Shown here: one piece after another, positions 57,508 through 64,000 of the stretch
Position numbering within the stretch: position 1 is the first letter of the stretch
How the letters are laid out: each line of letters opens with the position of its first letter
Sequence record: MZ475898.1
Strand: one strand, 5' to 3'
Length of the DNA stretch: 64,000 bases
The notes under the pieces: model-generated
Databases searched by the model: none
What the model saw: only the letters and a program-made list of their open reading frames with translations
Told to the model about the DNA's origin: nothing
Translations under genes and position numbers: made by a program

Positions 57508-57739
57508 GTTCCAGCGTCACATTAAATCTCTGCCTGAATCTGGTGCCAGCTTTCAGCAAGCAGCACCGCTAGGCCGTACTGTCGTAACACGTTCAGCGGG
57601 TATCACACGCGGTGTAACTCGCATGGCTTATCCTCAGTTGCAGCAAATCCCGCGCAACTTATCGGGCCTGAATGATGTGAACGTTCGTCGCATCGATATT
57701 AACTTGGATGGAAATGTTTTCATCCAGACGCATTCGTAA
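57500..57739 (+). CDS. hypothetical protein
   Basis: ATG 57500 after GGAG. Confidence 0.65.
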   Translation: MNKFQRHIKSLPESGASFQQAAPLGRTVVTRSAGITRGVTRMAYPQLQQIPRNLSGLNDVNVRRIDINLDGNVFIQTHS

Positions 57740-57748
57740 GAGGCTGGC

Positions 57749-59410
57749 ATGCCAATCAAACCTAAGAAAGTCAAAGCGGCCAAAGCAGTTAAGCCTGCTA
57801 AAGCGACCGCTGTTGCAAAGCCACTTAAAGTCAAAGTGAAATCGAAAGCCGTTTCTGTCGATGACATTAAGACGAAGAAAAAGTCGAAAGAAGTCGCCAC
57901 AGTGCAGACAGGCGCATCGCTCTATCCGATGATTGGTCAAGACGAATCGAACATTCGTGATCAGGGCCTTGCAGATTACACACGCCACGCGCTGGGTGTG
58001 TACGGTTCTTACGTTGTTGAAGACCGTGCTATCGCTGACTATCGTGATGGCCTTAAGCCTGTGCACCGTGCGCTGCTGTGGTCGTTGTCTGATCTTAACT
58101 TGCGTCCTGGCGGTGCGTTCAAGAAATCTGCGCGTACTGTTGGTGACACGATTGGTAAGTATCACCCGCACGGCGATGCAGCCTGCTACGGTGCGATGGT
58201 AACGATTGCAAACACAGTGCCACCAGCTGTTGCTGGTTCTGGTAACTGGGGTAGCCCTGTTGACCCAGCGGCTGCTATGCGTTACACCGAAGCGAAGATG
58301 AGTAAGTTCACGGGCACGTTCTTGCTCGACTCTGATTACTTAGAAGTTGTACCGCGTGTGCCTAACTTCTCAAACGATCTTGAGCTACCTCTGTATCTGC
58401 CTGCGCTGCTGCCGTATATGTTGTTCAATGGCTCTGTGCCTGCACCAGCGTACGGCGTCAAGTGTGGTAACCCGTCATTCAGCTTCACGTCCGTATCTAA
58501 AGTCGTGTGTGAGATGCTGAGTGGCAAAGAGTACACAGCGAAGACTCTGGCTAAGACGCTTGAGATTCGCCATGAGTTCGGCTGTATCGACGTTAGCTCT
58601 GACGAAGATATGTATCAGCTTATCTCAACCGGTCGTGGCAAAGTCACATACGAACCGCTGATTAAGATCGATGAGAAGTCGAAGACCATCACGATTCAAA
58701 CGTATGTGCCTGCTGGCATGTCCAACACTGCTGGTATCACGAAGAAGCTGGAGAAGATTTCTGAGTGGCCCGGCATTAGCTCCGCAGCAAACGCCAGTGG
58801 CAAGAAGAACAAGAACGCAGGTCCTTACGGTGCAGCGTTTGAGTTCCGCGTACGTGGTAGTGAAGACCAGTTGTACGAACTCGCCTCACGCATTCAGAAG
58901 GAAGTGACTGCTGGCGTCAACTACAATCTGGGCGTTACGATTCGTCGCGCCGATAAGCCGAACACCTTCAAGTATCTGAACTATCTGGATTACTTCAAGG
59001 CGTGGGTAGCGTATCGTATCAAACTCGAAACAGCCATGCTGAACAACAAGCTGGCCAAAGCAGAGAAAGCCCTGCACTTGCAGCAAGTTTATCTGTGGGC
59101 AGTTGACAACATGAAGCAACTGCTGGCTGCCTTGCCTAAAGTGTTAGTCGCAGAAGACCCAGACAAAGCGCTGGCCAAAGCGTGCAAGATTCCAGTTGAA
59201 GATGCGAAGATCATCCTCGACCGTCAAGTGCGTAAGCTGGCCAAGCTGGAGCGTGGTGGTCTGATTGCCAAAATCAAAGACATTAAGGAAGAGATTGCTG
59301 GTTATAAGGCAGGCTTGAAAGCGCCAGGCAAACATGCAGCACAGAGCACGGCTGCTAAAGTTAAAGCGTACATCAAATCACCTGATGACAAGCTGCCCGT
59401 AAGTCTTTGA
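57749..59410 (+). CDS. gyrA: Type IIA topoisomerase A subunit (GyrA/ParC-like), lacking the C-terminal pinwheel
   Basis: RAIADYRDGLKPVHR, KKSARTVG, GKYHPHGD, GNWGS, AAAMRYTEAK (catalytic Tyr); only 553 aa. Confidence 0.9.
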   Translation: MPIKPKKVKAAKAVKPAKATAVAKPLKVKVKSKAVSVDDIKTKKKSKEVATVQTGASLYPMIGQDESNIRDQGLADYTRHALGVYGSYVVEDRAIADYRDGLKPVHRALLWSLSDLNLRPGGAFKKSARTVGDTIGKYHPHGDAACYGAMVTIANTVPPAVAGSGNWGSPVDPAAAMRYTEAKMSKFTGTFLLDSDYLEVVPRVPNFSNDLELPLYLPALLPYMLFNGSVPAPAYGVKCGNPSFSFTSVSKVVCEMLSGKEYTAKTLAKTLEIRHEFGCIDVSSDEDMYQLISTGRGKVTYEPLIKIDEKSKTITIQTYVPAGMSNTAGITKKLEKISEWPGISSAANASGKKNKNAGPYGAAFEFRVRGSEDQLYELASRIQKEVTAGVNYNLGVTIRRADKPNTFKYLNYLDYFKAWVAYRIKLETAMLNNKLAKAEKALHLQQVYLWAVDNMKQLLAALPKVLVAEDPDKALAKACKIPVEDAKIILDRQVRKLAKLERGGLIAKIKDIKEEIAGYKAGLKAPGKHAAQSTAAKVKAYIKSPDDKLPVSL

Positions 59411-59439
59411 AAATCTGTAAATAGACTATGATAAACTCT

Positions 59440-59491
59440 GCACTAAGTTGGACAGAAGCCGCTTGAGATTATTCTTAGTCTATGATATACT
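59440..59491 (+). promoter_or_regulatory. Box promoter P13
   Basis: GCACTAAGTTGGACAGAAG; TTGAGA-17-TATACT (59486) with TG extension. Confidence 0.75.
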
Positions 59492-59629
59492 GGTACTGTT
59501 GATTGCAGACATTCTGACGAGGGTTTTCTGCAATCAAGCCAGAAAAAGGAGGGTAGCGTATATAAGCAAAAGACGTAGCATAAGTTGGGATGAAAATTCG
59601 AGCCGAAAAGGCCGGACGCTGTTTCAAGA

Positions 59630-59658
59630 TTGACCTCTGAAACGGCAAATATTATAAT
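59630..59658 (+). promoter_or_regulatory. Canonical sigma70-type promoter
   Basis: TTGACC-17 nt-TATAAT. Confidence 0.65.
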
Positions 59659-59764
59659 CGACCTACAGAATACTAATATGTAGTTGCAGCACATTAGTTT
59701 CGACGTGTCGCTAGGGCCAAGAGTACGGTCCTCAACTCTTTTATGAGAAGTTTGGAATCCGCAA

Positions 59765-61039
59765 ATGAAAAATCAGGTACACAACCTCAAAGCTGGTTTG
59801 AACGTAGTTGTCACCTCACTGACGGAACTGCGTTCTGGAAAAAACATGAAGCGCCAGCATGTTGTTGAAGTATTAGGTCAGCCGTCTTCCGTTTTGACTG
59901 ACCTCACAAAGGCATTGAAAAGTAATACCTTCAAGTCATATCCTGATGTACTCCAGTTGCGCGACTCAGTTCGTGCGACAAGCACTACCTGTCTTAACCT
60001 GTTAGAGCAAGTGGTATCTCGCCGTATCAAGCCACGCGATCTGATGGAAAAACTTGGTGAAGTTGTGAAGTCGTTTGAAGCCGACGTTAAGCTGGCTGAT
60101 TCGACCCTCGGGTATCTGCCTGAATCTCGTAAGACTCTCTCGCTCGATGACGTTGAGCGCGATGCTGATGGTAAGCTGAATCTCAAATCCTTGAATGCGG
60201 TCAGTGAAAAGATCTATGAGCAAGAGACGAACGATAAGGCGATACGCAGAGAGCAACGTGAAGACGCAGCGACAGTAAAGACCAGTCGTGTGCTCCAGCG
60301 TCTCAAAGATTCGTATGCTCACAAAGTCCCAAGAACGTTCAATAAAGCCATTCAAATAATCCAATTGCCTGTGATGGCACGATTCGGTACGCTCGCTATG
60401 AGTCCTGAGTCGCTGTCTAAGATGGGATTCAAAATTCAAACTGCTGGTCTGCACTCCACCCCGAGTTCTGACTTAGGTATTGTCTTTGAAAACCAGTTGC
60501 TGCTTTTCTTCCGTATGTCTGACGCTAAAGGCGTTGCAGAAGAAGCTGCAAAGAAACACAAGGACCTCGATGGAACTCTCGTAGAACGCAAACGCCTCCA
60601 GAAAGAAAGAAACGCAGAACGCCGCGACATTAAAAAGCTCACTCAGCTTTTGGCGGAAAACAAGTCACTCGTAGCCAAGCGCAAAATCCGTGAGCAGATT
60701 GCGGAAGCACATGGCAACGTTGACGACATTACTGCGACTCTTGACGACATGGACCAAAAGGTGCGCTCATCGAACTCCAAAGAGCGTGTGTATCGTCAAA
60801 TGAAAACATCAAGCGATCACGCGATGCTGGATTACCTTAACCCTATCGTCGATATGCTCAACGAGAAAAGCAGTTCAACTCTCGGTCTGTTTACTACCAT
60901 GCCGTTACGCGGTGTCATGAAAGACGCTGACGTGCATTGCGCATGGCTCATGGAACAATCAGCTATTCGACTTCTGTTACGCCATTGCGGCGGTGACGTG
61001 AAGTTGCAGAACTGGTTCTTGCCGTGGACTAATGGCTAA
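59765..61039 (+). CDS. hypothetical protein with coiled-coil region
   Basis: 424-aa ORF. Confidence 0.85.
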   Translation: MKNQVHNLKAGLNVVVTSLTELRSGKNMKRQHVVEVLGQPSSVLTDLTKALKSNTFKSYPDVLQLRDSVRATSTTCLNLLEQVVSRRIKPRDLMEKLGEVVKSFEADVKLADSTLGYLPESRKTLSLDDVERDADGKLNLKSLNAVSEKIYEQETNDKAIRREQREDAATVKTSRVLQRLKDSYAHKVPRTFNKAIQIIQLPVMARFGTLAMSPESLSKMGFKIQTAGLHSTPSSDLGIVFENQLLLFFRMSDAKGVAEEAAKKHKDLDGTLVERKRLQKERNAERRDIKKLTQLLAENKSLVAKRKIREQIAEAHGNVDDITATLDDMDQKVRSSNSKERVYRQMKTSSDHAMLDYLNPIVDMLNEKSSSTLGLFTTMPLRGVMKDADVHCAWLMEQSAIRLLLRHCGGDVKLQNWFLPWTNG

Positions 61040-61571
61040 CGAAAATCGTTTACCAGCGGAAACAAAAGGTGCGTTAACACGGTGTATCATCTGCGGTCAG
61101 TTTAGCCGAGCGATTCACTACCACCATACTGTTCCCCGCTCACTGGGAGGCGAGCACTCGCTCCAAATCCCAATAGACGGTAACTGCCACACAACGCTCC
61201 ATGCGAAAGCAGAAGCTGTGGTAGCGCGTTTGGCCGGTAACCGTAAACAACCAATTGGTCAGTTCTGGGACGACCCAGATGCTGAACAACGAGCTGAAAT
61301 GTGGCTAACGATTCTGGTAGATGCAATGCTTAATCCTCCAGTGCAGCCCGGACAGAAAGAAGTCCTGTTGCCGATGATTAAGGTTGATTTAGAAACCAGA
61401 CATGCGTTAGAATTGTTGAAGCGTGACACACCAGGCATAACAAACATGGGCCAAGTGTTGCGCTACTGTATTGAGACAACGTTAAAGGTTAAGGGGTTAA
61501 AAAATGGCAAATCAGAAAATCCGCACTCTGGACATCAAAGCACTCGTAAAAAGCGAGATGACCTGTGGTGA
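61032..61571 (+). CDS. HNH endonuclease-like protein with C-terminal RHH-like segment
   Basis: CIICG..IHYHHTVPRSLGG..IDGNCHTTLH; IKVDLETRHALELLK..NMGQVLRYCIE. Confidence 0.7.
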   Translation: MANENRLPAETKGALTRCIICGQFSRAIHYHHTVPRSLGGEHSLQIPIDGNCHTTLHAKAEAVVARLAGNRKQPIGQFWDDPDAEQRAEMWLTILVDAMLNPPVQPGQKEVLLPMIKVDLETRHALELLKRDTPGITNMGQVLRYCIETTLKVKGLKNGKSENPHSGHQSTRKKRDDLW

Positions 61572-62367
61572 TTGCAGAGGGTTGACGCGGGATGCGTTAT
61601 TACCTACAGCGGAAAAACCATGTGCTACTCAAGGGCAGTTGCCAGATGCTAAGATCTGCAAACACTATCGCCCTGACAGCGCATCACTGACTACCTTAAT
61701 GTCTGAGAATGGCGATTCATTGATCGCTATGTTCAACACAGTAAAAGACTTTAGCACCAAAGACCTGCACGTTGTTGCTGGTCTGTTGTTACGTGAAGCG
61801 AAGACACGTAGCTACGGTGTGCGCATAGGTCAAGCTGTGTTCGTGCGCTATCAAGGCCGCGAGACGCGTAACTATCTCAACAACTTTATGGCAGCGCGTG
61901 TGCTTGACGTTGACGATGAAACGATTCGCCTTATTTCCGAGAAGGGTGACATTGTTCTGACTTACGCCAACACAGGGTTCTCTGGACCGTCTGTCTATTC
62001 TAAACAGCAATTCACCAAACTGCGCAAGGAGATGAAAGCCAGTGGTAAGTTGATCGATCCTGAACGTCAGATCAAGACTACGAAACGCATGTTACCTATG
62101 GAAGACAATGTTAGCTTCTCCGCACCGAGTTCGCTCGATGGCTTCTCAATCCCGATGATGGATGAAGTTGTCAAAGGCCGTGGTGCTAAGCGTAAGGGCA
62201 AGAAGACCAACACGCTGGTGGACATTGTGAGCATGATCGATAACGGTTATGACATGGGTGCAGAGCAAGACGAGTCTGGTGTTATGTCGCTGGGCAGTAA
62301 CAGCTACAAGAACAAAGGCAAGCGCATTCAGAAAGGCGCTGTCGAACTGTCTGACCTCGAAGGTTAA
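61504..62367 (+). CDS. hypothetical protein with N-terminal Cys cluster (start 61504 or 61558)
   Basis: CGDC..C..CKHY. Confidence 0.8.
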   Translation: MANQKIRTLDIKALVKSEMTCGDCRGLTRDALLPTAEKPCATQGQLPDAKICKHYRPDSASLTTLMSENGDSLIAMFNTVKDFSTKDLHVVAGLLLREAKTRSYGVRIGQAVFVRYQGRETRNYLNNFMAARVLDVDDETIRLISEKGDIVLTYANTGFSGPSVYSKQQFTKLRKEMKASGKLIDPERQIKTTKRMLPMEDNVSFSAPSSLDGFSIPMMDEVVKGRGAKRKGKKTNTLVDIVSMIDNGYDMGAEQDESGVMSLGSNSYKNKGKRIQKGAVELSDLEG

Positions 62368-62409
62368 TCTGAACAACTCTTACCATAATATACGATTAGG
62401 ATCTCGGAA

Positions 62410-63549
62410 ATGATCACAGAAGAAATCACTCTTAATGCTTACCTCTCACAGCGTCTGAACCTCGAAGAAGATTCAGAGCAATTCCGCCGAGTATACGCAG
62501 CCACGATCAAATATATTGGCAGCGGTTATAAGTCTATCGCAGGTTATCATCGTGACCTGCAATCCGAAGTAGATTTTAAGCAATTTGAGTTCACAGCGCC
62601 AGACTTGCGTATTGATATTTCTTCCGTATGTCGTTTTACTCTCAAGCTGCGTTTCTTTGTGCTGGCTGTATGCTTGCACAAGGACCCAAAAGAGATTGTT
62701 CAGAAGTATGCAGCGTATGGTCTCTCCAAGCGTGAGGCCGTGCTTGCATGGAATACATTGTTGAAAGAAGTCGCAGCCCGCACACAGATTCGTCGTATGG
62801 CCAAACAGAAGTCCAAGACTAAGGGCGGCCTTGATGTTACGATGGTTAGTAGTCGTGAGCTTCGTCTTCGCCTTGACCAGACAGCCAGCCTGTTTGCTGA
62901 ATTGCATCGCAGTGCGAAGCGTCTGGTCAGAAAGAATCTTATGTGGGTGAGCAAGAGCGAGAACATCCCTCTGCCAGATCTGACCTGTGACATTATGTGC
63001 AAGGTGCTGTTGTCGTATTATCAGTCGCTGCCTAATCGTTTCTCAGAAGCCCACCAGCTCAACTACCTGCGTGCGTCTCTGAACAACCGCATCAACAACA
63101 TGAACAACTACTACAGTGCAGACTGCCGCAAGCGTATGCACAAAGTAGGCGAAGACAAGTATGAGATTCTTGTTATGTCTGACAATCAGATGTGGCATAA
63201 TCCAGAAGATGATTCGTCTGCCTCGTACGAGGACCTGTTGGCTTCTGATGCGCGCGTTCATACCGAAGAGATGGAAAACAATCTGACTATTAATCGCCTT
63301 CTTGAGGAAGCTGAAGGCACTAAGCGCCACAAGCTGTACAGTACGGTGTTAGGCCGAGACTGTGCCGAGTTCACTGAGTATCTCCGCGACAACGGTATGC
63401 TCAAACAGACAATGACGTGTGCGACTCAATGGTTCATGGCCAAGCCCTACAAGTTCATTCGTAAGCATCTTGCGCAATGGCTTGAAGTGGCAGTTGAGAC
63501 GGTTAACGCCGGTCTGGTAACATTACGTGGTTCTTTGCAGGCAGCATGA
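62410..63549 (+). CDS. hypothetical protein, possible sigma-factor-like (region 2) transcription factor
   Basis: The 379-aa ORF is solid; the segment DLTCDIMCKVLLSYY..LNYLRASLNNRINN only loosely resembles sigma regions 2.2-2.4. Confidence refers to the sigma-like call. Confidence 0.35.
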   Translation: MITEEITLNAYLSQRLNLEEDSEQFRRVYAATIKYIGSGYKSIAGYHRDLQSEVDFKQFEFTAPDLRIDISSVCRFTLKLRFFVLAVCLHKDPKEIVQKYAAYGLSKREAVLAWNTLLKEVAARTQIRRMAKQKSKTKGGLDVTMVSSRELRLRLDQTASLFAELHRSAKRLVRKNLMWVSKSENIPLPDLTCDIMCKVLLSYYQSLPNRFSEAHQLNYLRASLNNRINNMNNYYSADCRKRMHKVGEDKYEILVMSDNQMWHNPEDDSSASYEDLLASDARVHTEEMENNLTINRLLEEAEGTKRHKLYSTVLGRDCAEFTEYLRDNGMLKQTMTCATQWFMAKPYKFIRKHLAQWLEVAVETVNAGLVTLRGSLQAA

Positions 63550-63938
63550 GAGGTCACCAATTAGATATGCAGCAGTCAATCATCAATACTGATTTGGAGC
63601 GCTCAGCTTTCGCTCTGTTCAGCCGTTCTCAGTTAGCTGAGGACTATAAGCGTACCGTATTGTATCTCGTGTATAAGACTGTAAATCGTAATGGCATGAT
63701 GCAGGTTAATCGCCTCATCTATGAACTCGGTCAGAAGTATGAACTCAACCGCGAAGATGTTAAGTCAGCTATCGGTGCACTCAAAGCTCCGTTCGCGTTT
63801 AACGCGCTGTCTGTGTTCGTGCCTCGTGCCGACGTTAAAACAAATCGAGTGTGTCGTACTAGCTCTAACCCTGCGATTGATAATTGGTTAGCAGAAGTAG
63901 AGCACAATTTCCCACACATCAGTCGTATGTTGCAGTAG
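63546..63938 (+). CDS. hypothetical protein (possible winged helix)
   Basis: 130 aa; ATGA overlap. Confidence 0.75.
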   Translation: MRGHQLDMQQSIINTDLERSAFALFSRSQLAEDYKRTVLYLVYKTVNRNGMMQVNRLIYELGQKYELNREDVKSAIGALKAPFAFNALSVFVPRADVKTNRVCRTSSNPAIDNWLAEVEHNFPHISRMLQ

Positions 63939-63946
63939 GGGCGCAG

Positions 63947-64000
63947 ATGGAAATGTTTTCGCTTGGCCTTGAGATCAGGGCCATCCGAACTATAACTAAT
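63947..64000 (+). CDS. 5' end of an ORF truncated by the window edge
   Basis: MEMFSLGLEIRAIRTITN.. open to base 64000. Confidence 0.5.
   Translation, partial: MEMFSLGLEIRAIRTITN

Noticed and set aside
57014-57739. Small ORFs between gyrB and gyrA as a split topoisomerase piece (T4 gp60-like) or frameshift product
   Set aside because: GyrB already contains the complete TOPRIM domain and tail, and the small ORFs show no topoisomerase motifs.
59500-59760. Possible tRNA in the longest intergenic gaps
   Set aside because: No T-loop GTTCRA with acceptor stem or anticodon arm could be folded here or at 40914-41110.

Overview
A 64 kb segment of a large (jumbo-type) lytic dsDNA phage genome. The host is probably Enterobacterales and plant-associated; this is inferred from an AmsF/WceF-like exopolysaccharide depolymerase, a YbiI/TraR homologue and UvsE. 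About 95 densely packed genes all lie on the + strand. Recognisable products: intein-interrupted RecA/UvsX, an AcrVA2/FinQ-like protein, a tailspike-fold depolymerase, a DUF6939/NADAR-like protein, a GNAT, Tpt1/KptA, a TraR/YbiI Zn finger, UvsE, a dUTPase with an insertion, an SLT lytic transglycosylase, an HD hydrolase, a GyrB-like and a CTD-less GyrA-like type IIA topoisomerase, an HNH protein and a possible sigma-like factor. No tRNA, rRNA, CRISPR array or IS element was seen. Structure not explained by gene annotation: (1) 13 copies of a promoter with a 19-bp upstream box (GCAYWAAnnTGGACAAAAT) at fixed distance from an extended -10; (2) 10 Shine-Dalgarno sites folded into covarying hairpins with a GAGG/AAGG/ATGG loop; (3) a second motif family, TCTGTAAA; (4) two covarying terminator-like hairpins just behind tandem promoters, suggesting small RNAs; (5) a 41-57 kb cluster of highly acidic and histone-H1-like basic proteins sharing a helix-extended-helix module, next to the topoisomerase, suggesting a phage chromatin-like DNA-organising system. 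All family assignments come from motif recognition by eye and memory; no searches were run.
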